Below are positions 50,901 to 61,829 of a stretch of 64,000 nt of DNA, piece after piece (position 1 is the first letter of the stretch; the number at the start of each line of letters is the position of its first letter). The stretch is taken from assembly GCA_964234715.1 (NCBI GenBank), contig OZ174277.1; one strand, given 5' to 3'. Position numbers and translations under genes: made by a program. The stretch comes from Podarcis melisellensis (taxonomy: Eukaryota). The notes beneath the pieces are model-generated. The model was not told the origin of the DNA. It ran no database searches and was given only the letters and a program-made list of their open reading frames with translations.

Positions 50901-53900
50901 AATTCCACACTTAGTGGAAACTAATACAACTTGACTAAAAGCTGATGAATACAAATAGCAACCCACTTATTGGATATTATTTATGAAAGCAAGCAGAACT
51001 TTGAGCTACTTGTTCTTAAAACTCACCTAGCAAGAGATGCTGCTTTTCTTATTCCCATTTCCTTCCCTTTTACCACACATGTAAAAGGGAAGCCCAACTT
51101 GTATGTTGTACCATGTTACTTGGGGACAAAAAAAAAAGAGTAGGTACAAACTCAGTTCAGAGGGAACAGGCACATGCTGCTGCTACACTGTTAAAGCTCA
51201 GTAGGTCGTAGCCTAATAATTGTTTGTTAAGGGAGATAACCTGGAAACTCCATGTAAACCATTCTAAACTTCTCAGAGTGTGCAATATAAAGAAGCAAGC
51301 AAACAAGCAAACAAATAGGCAAGGTTTTGCAACAACCTGAATATGTTATCTTCAGTTTGTGCTCTCAGCAAAGTGCCACCTACTACTACCTCAGAAGGCC
51401 TATCAAAAATTCAAACAACGCCTCCTCTTTGGGAACTTAAAATCCAAAACCCCATTGCATATGAATTTGTGAAAGCTGACAACCTGATAGTCAATTCAAA
51501 TGCACAGAAGAAACACGAGATCACTGCAAGTTCACAGATATGTTGGTTTTTAGAATTTTCAAACTATGGTTTGTATGAAAATATTGGTAAGACAGAAAAT
51601 GATGGTCATAACTTGTGTTGTACAAAATAGTAATGAGTAGCTACAGCAATAACCACATGTGATTTTAAAAGGTAAGCTGTGAACATGTATAGAAAACCAG
51701 CTTATTATATCCTTAAGTGTACCTGGTTTACTATATGTTCACAACCATAAGGTGAATCACAGAATCATCATAGAATTGTGGAGTTGGAAGGGGCCTTGCA
51801 ATGCAGAAATCTCAATGAAAGCATACACGACAGGTGTTCCAGCTAGCATTCTTACATTGTGGCATCCAGAACTGGACACAGGACTCCCAAAGTGGTCTGA
51901 CCAAGGCAGAATAAAACAGTACTGTTACTTCCCTTGACTTGGACACAATCGTTATGTTGATGCAGCCTAGTACAAATTGTGTATAAAAATGTTGAACAAC
52001 AAGGGGCTCAGGACAGAACCCTGCGGCACTCTACTTGTCACTTTTTTACAGGCTGGCAGGGAACCATTAGTAGTCTTTAGGTTTGGTCAGTCAACCAGCT
52101 ACAAATCCACCTAACAGTTACCTCACCCAGCCAACATTTTATCACTTTCTCCACAAGAATATCACGGGGAAATCTGTCAAAAGCCTTACTGATATCAAGA
52201 TACATTATGTCCACAGCATTCTCCTGATCCAACAAGCTTGTAACTATCAAAAAACCAAACCAAACCAAACCAAATGAGATTCATCTGGCATGACTTGTTT
52301 TCGAGAAGCTCATGCTGGGGTAATCACAGCCTCCTTTTCTAAGTGCTCACAAATTGACTATTTAATTATCTGTTCTGGGACCTTTCCTCATATCAACGTC
52401 AAGCTGATCGGTCGGTAGTTACCTGGGTCTTCTCCCCCAGCTTTTTGAAAATGGGGTCAACAATTGCAGACCTCCAATCCACAGGGACCTCAGCAGTTCT
52501 CCAACAATTCTCAATGATTATAGACAAAAGGTTCTGAGATTACATCCATAAGCTCCTTTTGAGTATCCCTGGGTGCAGCTCACCAGGCCCTGGAGATTTG
52601 AATTCATTTAAAGTAGCTACATGTTCCCTCATCACTCTCTTTTCCTATCTTGGTCTGCACCTCCTTCCTTGTATCAATTATTCTGTTATCACCAGGTGGG
52701 GCACTGTTTTCCTTTTGCATGACGACAGAGGCAAAGTAGGTGTTGAGCAGTTCCACCTTCTCTCTTTCACTCAATAGCACTTATCCATATTCTCCACACA
52801 GAGGACCTACCACTTGTTTGTTCTTCCTCTTGCTTTGAACATGTCCGAAGAAACAGTTTTTATTATTTTTAACCTCTCTTGTAAGTTGGCTACTTGTGCA
52901 TACTCCTCTTTTGTGATTTCTCCTTTATTCCATTTCTTAAAGATGCCCTTAACATGTCAGCTCATCCTTACAGCCACACTGGTTTCTTTAGGTGCCTCTC
53001 ACCATTTTTTCTTGTTGGAAATGCCTGCATTTGTGCCTTCAATATTTCACCTTCAATGAGAAACTCCCATTCACCTTGAACTCCCTTTTTCTTTGAGTAT
53101 TTCTGATTATGGGATCTCACCCAGTAGCTTCTTAAGCTTTCTGAAATCAGGTTCAGAGTGCATGTCCAACTACATTCAGCTTTCCCTTGCCTCTGTATAA
53201 TGAAACCCAAGAGAACACAATCACTTCCTCCCAAGGTTCCCATGTACTTTCACTTCATTGATCAGTTCCTTCCTGTTGGTGAGGATAGTGTCCAAGAGAG
53301 ATGACCCCCTTGTTACTTCTTCCACCTTCTGGGAAATGAAATTGTCAGCAAGGCAACTGAGAAATTTGTTGGGCTTTACATTCTTGGCAAAGTTTGCATT
53401 CCAACAGATATTGGGGTAATTGACGTCTCCCATGATTCATATATCTCTCGTTTCTGAATGCTTGGTAATCTGCTCTATCAAGGCACACCCATGTCTTCAG
53501 TCTGCCTTGGAGCTCTATAGCAGACGCCCCCATTAAGGTCACTGTTGTTTCCCTCTCCTACAATTTTTACCCATAAACTCTCAATCTGCCTTCCATGTTC
53601 CAAGTCACAGATCTCTTCACAAGTGTACACATCCTTTACATATAATGCTTCTCCTCACTTCCAGCAAGGGAACCAACTTGCACTTGGGGAAGACAAACAT
53701 GGGATAGGTGTTGCGGGTCACTGCAGCAGCTCCTTCATTGTCCATGTCTCTTGGGGCCCAACTGATGTATTAATTCCCATTTACTGGTGGCAGCAGGGAC
53801 AACAAACCCTACTGAAACCAAAGGTATGGAGAAGTAGTGCTTCAGGGAGCTCCACACTCAGGACTGATTTTTCATTTGGTGGAGGTAAAAATGCAGATCG

Positions 53901-56164
53901 TGTTCAACTAGATCAACTCTATAATGTTAGAACTGACATACATCACAGTATATTTTGCTAACCATTATTAGTTGTTTAAAAGAAATGCATTATATGGTAG
54001 AAATGCTAATGAATATTTCCTCCCCCAGCTTGTATATATTTATTTCTAAAGGTTTTTTGAGAATCGCAGATTAAGTATTCAGCTACCATAAGCAAAGTGT
54101 AGTTCGAATAGCAACTTAACAAAGAAAAAAATGCTAGCCTGTGCTTTCTTGCCTTTTATCATCACTGTTTATAAGTACAAATAAAACAAAACAAATGAAA
54201 GAGGTGGAGGAAACAACAGGACAACTAGTCATGGTGCCAGGCAAGTGGCCAAGAAGTAGAATTTCTGGGTCTGGGGGGGGGGGCAGAGAAGCAGGGATAC
54301 TAAGGATGGGGAAAACAGGATTGCTCCAGAAGAAGAAAAGCTCCCTGGTTTTTGGCAAACTCTTAAGAGCAGGAGTGGATAGCACGCAGGTCACACTGAA
54401 CCCACTGTGGGTTCCAATCTGTCCCATGAGGCCATTCCCCTCATTCATCAGCTGATTGGCAGTGGGACTGAACAGCCTTTACCAAAGGTGCCATGGGCTT
54501 TGAAGACACTCGAACTCAGGACGCAAGGGAGAAACGTGCTAAGAGGAAGGCACGCTTGGCAAATCCACACCGTGATCGACTCCCGCCCGGAAACCGATGC
54601 CCCCAGTGTAGAAGGACATGTGGATCCAGAATTGGCCTCCACATTCACTTACGGACTCATTGTTAAAACCGTGTTTATAGAAGACAATCTTACTTGGCTA
54701 CGAGTGTTCGCCAAAGAAGAAGAAGAAGAAGAAGAAGAAGGCGGCAGTGGGAGCATGCCCTGCGCCAGAAGTTGCAAGCAGTTTCCCTTCTGTAAACAAC
54801 CCTGTGCTGTTCCTTGAACCGCTGGTGCTTAAAACCTTTAAACCTCTGAAGTTTAAAGAACAGTGCAGGACTATTTAAAGCCTCTTTCACAAATTTCCCT
54901 ACATTCCTCTTCAAAACTCTAAAAACTAGCTATTTTTCTGATATTCAAAGAGTAGCACAGGACTGTTTGCAACACTGCCCAGCTGTGCATTACATTCAGA
55001 ACACTCGGGGCTTTAAAATGCAGCATCTCCTGATGTCATAGGGACATCTGTGAAATAGGATATGGATAAGGATCTAGTCCACCAGTGAGAAATGGTTCAC
55101 CATCCCCTGGACTGACCAGACAGAAGAGAGTGGCAATTTAAAAGAACAGCAAATTGCCTTCCCTGTAGTTTGAAGCCTCTAAATGACAGTTTGTCAAAAG
55201 CACTGTCAGGGTTGGAAAGAAGGAAAATGCAGGACTAAACTCCTAAGTGTAATTATATTTAAACTTGTCTATAATTATAGCTATAGATTTGTCTATGTTT
55301 TTAGCTTTTGTTTATTTCAATCTGCGTAAGTGCTATCACAAATCAGCTCTCATTGATCATTCTTAACCCCTTGAAAATGCACTGCTGATAAAGTTACAGC
55401 TTATGGCTAATACAATCATTGTCAAAATCCATTCAAAACTGACCTCTTCCATGAAGTTTGGCACATCCCCTTAGTTCCCATGATGCACTAGAACTCAACG
55501 TTAAGCTTTCTTTAAATATGTCCAACTAAAACAACCACATAATGCTTCCCTGCTAACCGCTCCCCTCAGTTCTCTTTATTAGGACTTGACCCCGAACATC
55601 AAATTTGCAATCCCACCAATAAACACTCCTTAGAGCACATGTCTGAAATCCAGCATTGTGTGAGTTGACTTCTGCTTGTGTATGGAGACCGCTGGGTGTC
55701 AGTTTGTGGCTTCACACATTCAGGTCTAAGGTGGAATTTATCTTCCCTCATCCCAAAACCATCTCAGAAGAAAGCCTGCTTGAGAGGAGTTAATCAAGAT
55801 TCTAGTTAACCCAAACATTCATGAGGGACAGGGCTATCAATGGGCTGTTCTGCCTCCATGGCTGGAGGGAATATCCTTCTGAATACCAGTTGCTGGAAAT
55901 TGCAATAGGGGAGAGTGCTGCTCACTCCCTTGGGATGAACAGGTAGCTAGCTATATGTAATGTGTGAATAGCGTTCTCTCCCCTCTCCCCATTTTCATGG
56001 GCACAGCAATGCTAACTGAACTGTTTACTGTTTTACATCAGTAAATCAGGATCACAAACACCTTTTAAAAAATGGTGGATGACCATTCAAATGCTCCCAA
56101 ACTGTTTATAGAGCCATGCTGACCTTTATCTGCAGGATCCAAAAATATGACTGACAAAATTAAT

Positions 56165-56213
<49 letters not shown>

Positions 56214-56548
56214 CTGTTGCATAGATTTTTCAAAAGGGTATTCTCCCACCATAAGTTTATTTATTTATATATTTTTTGGAAAAGAGAACATGGTATATTG
56301 TGCATGAGATAGTATTGAAGACGGAAAAAAGAATGCAAAGTTGCTAAGAATGTTTTGAAAATGATTTTGGTCAACACAGGCTCTTCAGAATCACAATTCA
56401 GCATCAACTGTATACTTACTAGTTTTGCACTGGCAGATGCGACAACCATTTTGGTCTACTCTGAAGTCATAAATACAATCCATCTCAGTTAATGTGCAAT
56501 TCACCAGAGGATAACACGTGGGTGGACCTATTGTGATGTATGTTGGCT
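30757..56548 (-). CDS. CRIM1: CRIM1 (cysteine-rich transmembrane BMP regulator 1), 3' part; 10 exons equivalent to human exons 8-17; the 5' exons lie beyond the right edge of the window
   Basis: Antistasin-like repeats, four VWC (chordin-type cysteine-rich) domains, a TM helix and a cytoplasmic tail ending QADNFYQTV*. Exon lengths 129, 157, 122, 210, 216, 222, 195, 123, 188 and 177 nt join in frame. Confidence 0.97.
31063..31430. mobile_element. Head-to-head pair of tRNA-derived squamate SINEs (Squam3-like) in the last CRIM1 intron
   Basis: Minus copy ends ...gcatgctttaccactgagct (31235); plus copy starts catgctttgcatg...cccaggttcaatcc (31267) and ends ggtctgatttgg...gcttcc. Confidence 0.65.
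31837..31972. mobile_element. 136-bp palindromic hAT-type MITE
   Basis: TIR caggcatccccaaac / gtttgggggtgcctg; perfect 8-bp TSD ctctagat at 31829-31836 and 31973-31980. Confidence 0.92.
32200..32387 (-). CDS. CRIM1: CRIM1 exon 16 (transmembrane helix)
   Basis: MGHLQGDYRETRGSQPSAEASLSSLAWVTVPIMTALVLIIALLLINQKKQWIPVSCYRAPTK|gtaaat; 188 nt. Confidence 0.96.
32758..32890. mobile_element. Older degenerate copy of the ggactaca/ctccca hAT MITE family (similar remnants near 18125-18240 and 36910-37020)
   Basis: Shares the ggccctcca...gggactgcagctccca...catctggag core with the 31837 and 34993 copies. Confidence 0.6.
33746..33868 (-). CDS. CRIM1: CRIM1 exon 15 (juxtamembrane stalk)
   Basis: MYVPEPTNIPIEKTNHRGNNELEAPVWPTHSENDIVHIHR; 123 nt. 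Confidence 0.95.
34116..34471. mobile_element. Tc1/mariner-superfamily (pogo/Tigger-like) MITE, 356 bp
   Basis: TA target duplication; TIR cagtggtgccccgcaagacgaa / ttcgtcttgcgaggcaccactg (21/22 match); internal repeats of cgcaagacgaa and taagccgct; many intact CpGs. Confidence 0.92.
34811..34838. repeat. (AAAT)n microsatellite
   Basis: aataaataaataaataaataaataaata. Confidence 0.9.
34993..35128. mobile_element. 136-bp palindromic hAT-type MITE (same family as 31837, opposite orientation)
   Basis: TIR caggcatccccaacct / aggttggggatgcctg; perfect 8-bp TSD gtctaaat at 34985-34992 and 35129-35136. Confidence 0.92.
35348..35542 (-). CDS. CRIM1: CRIM1 exon 14 (VWC domain)
   Basis: DTTSKKAVCHFNGKTYADEERWDIDSCTHCYCLQGQTLCSTVSCPPLPCVEPINVEGSCCPMCP; 195 nt. 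Confidence 0.96.
35849..35926. repeat. Perfect 38-bp tandem duplication (period 40)
   Basis: gtttttcagtttataaaatagataatgtatgtatttaa at 35849-35886 and 35889-35926. Confidence 0.95.
37919..38140 (-). CDS. CRIM1: CRIM1 exon 13 (VWC domain)
   Basis: EPVQPSLSSNESMPSYCKNDDGDIFLTAESWKPNVCTSCICMDGEISCYSESCPPVSCDRPVLRKGQCCPYCI; 222 nt. Confidence 0.96.
39221..39436 (-). CDS. CRIM1: CRIM1 exon 12 (VWC domain)
   Basis: ESLVQKPELSGPTICYVPGGEYFLEGDTWNIDTCTQCTCHNARVLCDTEVCPPLLCRNPSRTQDSCCPQCP; 216 nt. Confidence 0.96.
41144..41353 (-). CDS. CRIM1: CRIM1 exon 11 (VWC domain)
   Basis: IPASVMPPAKAGSCLSVDGHRHENEESWHDGCRECYCHNGREMCALITCSVPNCGNPTIHPGQCCPSCP; 210 nt. Confidence 0.96.
41833..41951 (+). repeat. 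LINE (L2-like) 3' tail followed by compound (AAAT)/(TAT)n/(TAG)n microsatellite
   Basis: gccgcccagagtggctggggaaacccagccagatgggtggggtataaataaat, then tattattat... and tagtagtag... Confidence 0.75.
42551..42672 (-). CDS. CRIM1: CRIM1 exon 10 (antistasin-like)
   Basis: KNKHGCEICRCKKCPELSCGKICPMGYQQNNQGCLVCKCT; gtgtag| acceptor, G|gtagac donor. Confidence 0.95.
43148..43298. mobile_element. 151-bp hAT-type MITE with internal TTAGGG repeats, nested in an older hAT-like element starting ~43117
   Basis: TIR cagtggcgtagcgtgg / ccacgctacgccactg; 8-bp TSD ctggtggg / ctgttggg (7/8). Confidence 0.88.
44491..44638 (-). mobile_element. tRNA-derived SINE with CR1-like 3' tail, near full length
   Basis: Minus strand reads gcctggatagctcagttggttagagtgtggtgctaatgatgccaaggttgcag (A box) ... 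ctagatggtcctcagggtccctcccaactctacaattctatg. Confidence 0.85.
46323..46479 (-). CDS. CRIM1: CRIM1 exon 9 (antistasin-like)
   Basis: EELCTDLMSDCSLDCAFGFQTDVHNCKTCQCRPRPKKCKPIVCDKYCPFGY; cacag| acceptor, TT|gtacgt donor. Confidence 0.95.
47262..48540 (-). mobile_element. Possible decayed DIRS (tyrosine-recombinase retrotransposon) remnant
   Basis: Minus-strand 47776 to 47712 reads VDFFAAAETALEKCVLQHAV, resembling the C-terminus of DIRS tyrosine recombinases; inverted tacttacctgtgaag / cttcacaggtaagta at 47267 and 47600. Confidence 0.45.
51754..53660 (-). mobile_element. CR1 LINE fragment (decayed ORF2 endonuclease and RT, plus 3' tail)
   Basis: Endonuclease motifs GDVNYPNICW...FLSCLADNFISQKVEEVTRGSSLLDTILTN and LGGSDC; RT motif LDQENAVDIMYLDISKAFD; CR1-type attctatga/attctgtga 3' repeat at ~51754-51776; multiple deletions and frameshifts. 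Confidence 0.92.
54468..54742 (+). mobile_element. 5'-truncated RTE-clade LINE with (GAA)n tail
   Basis: ORF end 54481-54666 TKGAMGFEDTRTQDAREKRAKRKAR...RCPQCRRTCGSRIGLHIHLRTHC* (C2H2-like); (GAA)n tail; 10-bp TSD ggcagtggga at 54458-54467 and 54743-54752. Confidence 0.85.
56169..56211. repeat. (TA)n microsatellite
   Basis: Long tatata run about 200 nt downstream of CRIM1 exon 8. Confidence 0.95.
56420..56548 (-). CDS. CRIM1: CRIM1 exon 8 (antistasin-like domain)
   Basis: ccattag|AG CCA ACA...; EPTYITIGPPTCYPLVNCTLTEMDCIYDFRVDQNGCRICQCKT; donor A|gtaagt. Not in the ORF track in this frame. Confidence 0.93.
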
Positions 56549-57735
56549 CTAATGGAAAGAAAGGAATAATTTATTTTAAAATATGCACATGATAAGATCT
56601 AAGAGTCATTAATGGAAATGCTTATTCAAATGTGTTAAAATTTGGACATTTTCGGCTCTAGCCAACTAGAAAAACTTGACTACATTTGTAGCAGAACAGC
56701 ATTTAATTGCTCAGATCCCATTAGCTATCTGCTTTGAAATCTGAAACTGAGATTTGTTACAATTGCTCTGCCTCCCCCAGTTTACTGCCACTAACAGGAT
56801 CTGACTTTATCTTTGCCATAATTTTGCTCAAGGTGCTAACTGTTGCTTTGTGCAACACACATGGTATGGCTAGGGACTAAAACCATTGTCTGCAGTGGGG
56901 AGCCTACCATATTTGTTCAGTGACTCGTAGTTTCAGCCTGCAACCAAACATATCTCAAAGCTAAGACCAGTCTCATCAGAATCCATCTTTCAGTAAACTT
57001 AAAATAATGAATTTCACATATTATGCAAATGAGCTTGTGGCAATCACAGCTTGCTCAACTCCTTTAAAAGATTAACTGGAACTTAATGTGTTGGATCCAA
57101 TGTTTACTTAAAGCATACAACGATAAAACTCAACATCCATAAATTTGAACCACATGCCTGTATTTCAACTTTCTGTGGGTTGTTAATTACATTGAAGAGT
57201 ATGCACACTAGACAGTACATACCCAAATGTTATATTCATTGATGGATGTATGGTGTGCTAAGCTTGCCTAGTAGGCAAAGAAATGCAGTCTTGTTTTGCC
57301 GCCACAAATACTCTACACATACAGAAGTTCATTGGAACCAGACCATTATTCTTAATTTCAAATGAGTTTTCTAATTCATATGATAAATTTCCAGACCATC
57401 AGACACAGAAATGTACCTATTTTATATTGCATAGTATTTGCAAGATATTTTAGTGGCCATTTCTCACTATTTTTGTGAATACATAAAATATACCATGTGA
57501 ACACACAATACAGATATGCTTTGTCAAGTTTGAAAGACACATGTATACACATTTCACCATGTTCTTTAAAACGCACATGACTGAGGTCTCAAACTGGCCT
57601 TTTGTTAACACCATTAAATTCATACATTCTATGTGCATAATTTCCTATGAATGCAATGAAAAAATGCTGCAAAGGATTTGTCAGTAATAAGAAAACAGAT
57701 GATTTTCGAGAGAAATTCAGAACGCCTTACATATT

Positions 57736-58186
57736 TGTCAGGGAACTGCCATCAGCTCAGAGGCGAGAGGTGAAAGGGCAGTTGGGTTACAGGGAGTCTC
57801 CAAAGATCGTGAGAAGCAGCACTTCCTCTGCGGAGGAGGGAAGCCAGGCCTCCAGTGGGGAAGGGATGCAGGGCTTGGAGGATGCAAGGGAGAGCCACAG
57901 CACCGAGCATGAGCAAAGTGGGGGGGGGGCAGGTCCCCCTTTGCCCACGCCCTCCCTGCGCAGTCGGTTTACGCGCAGAGAGGGGAGGCGTAGGAAGGGG
58001 GTCAAGAGACTACTCTGCTGGGGAAAGTTTAAGGACCGCCCACTCCCAGATTCTGCTAGCGACTGAGCAGACATGGAAAAGAGTCATCTGCATTGTGAAC
58101 GTTTTGGACAGATAATAAAGCCTTGAAAAGACCAACGGGGAGTCTTGCCTGTTTGCTCTCGAGCAACCACACCGGCACTCATAACA
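57736..58186 (+). mobile_element. Solo LTR (451 bp), probably Gypsy/ERV type, in CRIM1 intron 7
   Basis: TGTCA...TAACA termini; perfect 5-bp TSD atatt at 57731-57735 and 58187-58191; AATAAA at 58094-58099; GC-rich against an AT-rich background. Confidence 0.88.
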
Positions 58187-59039
58187 ATATTTAAAGAACA
58201 AAACAAAAATATAAGTTATTGGAATTTGGAATCCTCAGATTCTGCAAAGATCAATGCCAGTGCCAAAACAGATTTGGTTCATTGAACTGATAAATGCTGC
58301 AAGCAATTTAGATGAGCTTGAGAATTCTATTAGATCTACCACAGAGGCATAACAAAGTGAAGCCAGCAAAGGCAGTTATTAGTGAAACTATTATCACTCA
58401 GAAAGGCTCTCATGTTTTGCTGTGCACTGTGCAATTATTGTAAAAGAAAACCAGTGAAATGGTGCAAATATCTCATTTCTAATGTCACAGTAGTCCCAAT
58501 AGATTTTAAATGAGTTTGAAATTTCATTTTGTTAGGCACAACATAAGTAGACTGACTCCACATAGAAAATGTATAGTCCAGACAGCCATGATCAAGTGTA
58601 CTAAATCATTATTTTGTATTTGTGATTTCAGATATAATGTTAAGCTGAGAAGAGCTAACATTTTTAAAACCTTCATTTATGTAAACAAATTACTGCAAAA
58701 TTGGATTATAATACATGTTAGAAAAAGCTAGATGCTAGCAAAACAGCTCCCTATACATCTGAATGAAGTTTGAAATTTTAGGTAGGAAAAAAAAATCAAA
58801 TTATTAACAGGGCCTTGGGGGGGTCAATGTGCTTCTTAACTAGCAGGTGCTATGCCACATGTCCAATATGTGCGTCTCAGTGAAAAATCACAATGTTTGA
58901 TAAGGAAATCCTTCAGAAAACCTGACGAACAATCCTACCAGAATATGCATAGCTTAGTATGTACCTAAGACAAAGGTTTTATTATTCATAAAATTATTCA
59001 TGGCATGCAGCTAGAGAATGGATATCCTTTTCCAAAAGG

Positions 59040-59320
59040 ATATAAGAAGAGCCTGCTGGATCATAACACTAGAATTCATGAACATCCGATGGAACGGAAT
59101 GTTGGACAATTAAAAATATACTTCTTCATGCAGCACATAGTTATAACCACCAACATGGATGGCTTGAAAAGAGAATTAAACAAATTCATGTCAGATAAAG
59201 CTATAAATGACTATGCTGTACCCAAAGGAGTGTTCTTGTGGGTTTCCCACAAGCATGGGTGGCCACAGTGAGAACAGGATGCAGCCATTGGCCTGACCCA
59301 ACAGGCTCTTATTATGCCCT
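59040..59320 (+). mobile_element. Old CR1-like LINE 3' end
   Basis: HNTRIHEHPMER...FFMQHIV...DGLKRELNKFM resembles the CR1 ORF2 C-terminus, followed by a ttggcctgacccaacagg...ttatg tail. Confidence 0.6.
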
Positions 59321-61588
59321 TGTGTTAAAAGCCTATTGAAATTTTAACATGGTGTTCATGAAATATCGAAATATTTATTTCAGTCTTTGTTGGATGCTGA
59401 GAAGAGACCTGAAAATAAATTTTAAATATTTTATTTATACATTTACATTGCTGTGCTGTTATTCTCAATTACTTCTTTCAACCCTTGAAAACGACAATTG
59501 TTTATATTTTGCATATTCCTGAAGGATAGCTATTTTTTCTTGAACAATGTGTTAGAATTTCTGTAATGCCTGGCAGAAACAACTGCTGGTAGTTATTCAT
59601 ATGTGGATTGTTTATATATATATATATATATACTGCAGCTACTCCCATACAGATTCCAATTCTATACATCAATATTTTTTTCTCAGAACGAGCTTATCAA
59701 TAACTAACTTTTCCTATCCACAAAGGTAAACCCCAAGATAGAGTAATTTTATATGGATGCCTGAGTTTCAATAAGCTGCAAAAGAGGACAAAAGAAATAA
59801 TTTCAGTCCCCTCCCTCCCCCCCAAAAAAAATGCAGTTACAAAAAAGGAGGGGGAAATCAGCTCTTTTCACTTCACTGAACAAGACTCAACAAATAAAGC
59901 TAGTTCAGCTACTGCCAGGCTTCTAGCTATTTGAATAGACAAACAGTTAAGCTTGAAAAAGCACACATGGTCATGTGACCTAGGTTAGCCTTTCATTGCT
60001 GCCCTTGACAAACTGCAGAAGAAAGACTGAGTGCACAGATGACGAGACAATGGATGGGAAAATAACATTCCGTCTCTGTATATTTTAGATGTGACTCTAA
60101 ACTGTAGAAAGATTTTTTTTTAAAGGGATGGAAATGGTAAAGAAGGCTGCTGTTGATATTACTGATTACAATTATATTTAAAGATAAATGTAATTGCAAC
60201 AGACAGCCATTAATTCATAGGAATTTCTGTGGAATAACACTGTGGTATTTAACAAACTATATACACCAGCATTCAGAAAGTCTATCGAGAAAATAACATT
60301 GACAGACTAAAGTTTAACGCTGAACTAGCTAAATAATGTTGACAGGTTTACAATGGGTGTTACAGTGGGTGTTACAATAAACACCCAATGTGATGCCATT
60401 TTAACAAGGGAATCCACCAACCCAGCTGCATATATGTCTGTAACCACTGGGCAATTTTATTTTTTAGTTCATGAAGAATGCTCAATATAAAGTTCCAGCT
60501 CTATTTTCAGTGTTTCCCTGGTATAACTGTCTACTGTAAACAGTTTGTCTACAGATCACCAAATTCATGATGTCATTATAGCTGAAATTGTGCAAGGTCT
60601 CCAAACAGTTACAAAATATTTGGTAACGACAATACAACATGCTACATTATTATTGCCTGCGAAGTCTAGGTTTCACATTAGTGTACTGCAATCTCTTGGT
60701 CAGGAGATGTGGAACCCTGCCCTTAAAAACCAACTCGATCCTCTTACTGTGTGATCACAAAATCACAGAGAACACAGGAGGCTTTTCTCCGCTGGTCCTA
60801 CAAGAACTACACTAGTGACCTGGCAACTTTATTTGTAGGTCCCTGTGTGTACTAAGTACTTACAGAAAAAAATGAAGGCAGCAGTAGAAAGAGCCTTACT
60901 GAAGGATAAGTCAGTTACTGAGGTGTCATGAGTGGGAGAATAGTTGGGACAGCAAACCACTAGAAAATACTCAACTTCTCTTTAAATGCCTTCTGTATTC
61001 AGATTCCTTACATCATGAAACACAATGCAAATACATGTTTTCATTTTCTTTATGAACATGAGCTGTATTACCTACAACTACTAAATAATTTCTCTGCTGA
61101 GTACTTTCTATTTATGAGTCATCTCTCCTTTCAAGTTTAGAAGAAAGTGTTTAAAAGTTTCAAAATGCAAGGTGCATATTAGAATTACCTCAAATAATCT
61201 GTCCACATCATCTAGATCATGTTGTGTCACAGTGAGAGAGACGGCATTAAGAAGGTGGCACCTCTAATTAGTGGCTTTTCAAAAACATCTACTCTCCTTA
61301 CCATAGACTTTAGTTAAAACAATCTCATAATTCAATATACTCTGTCTTCTATAATAAGGACTGCTTGGTTAATTAATTTTTACCTGCCAACAGTGCCCAA
61401 TGATTGCTTATTAGGGCACTGAGGATCAATAAGGTTTTGGTAGTCTATAAAAATTTTGAAATTGCTAAATGATCGGCATATATGCTTTGCATTATAAAAC
61501 ATTCATGAATATCCAAAAGAATTCAGATTTGACAATGAATTGTAAAAATAAAAAACAAAACATGCAGGAAAAGATTTAGCAGACAATA

Positions 61589-61829
61589 CAGCGGTACCTC
61601 TAGTTATGAACTTAATTTGTTCCAGAGGTCCGTTCTTAACCTGAAACTGTTCTTAACTAGAGGCATGCTTTTGCTAATGGGGCCTCTTGCTGCTGCTGTG
61701 CCATCGGCACACAATTTCTGTTCTCATCCTGGAGCAAAGTTCTCAACTCGAGGTAACTCTTCCAGGTTAGCAGAGTTTGTAACCTGAAGCCTTTGTAACC
61801 TGAGCCGTTTGAAACTTGAGGTACCACTG
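61589..61829. mobile_element. pogo/Tigger-like MITE
   Basis: TA|cagcggtacctc ... gaggtaccactg termini; internal taacctga repeats. Confidence 0.85.

Noticed and set aside
57647-58115. 139-aa, 95-aa and 86-aa ORFs
   Set aside because: They lie mostly within the GC-rich solo LTR, with no splice context or recognisable domain; not CRIM1 exon 7.
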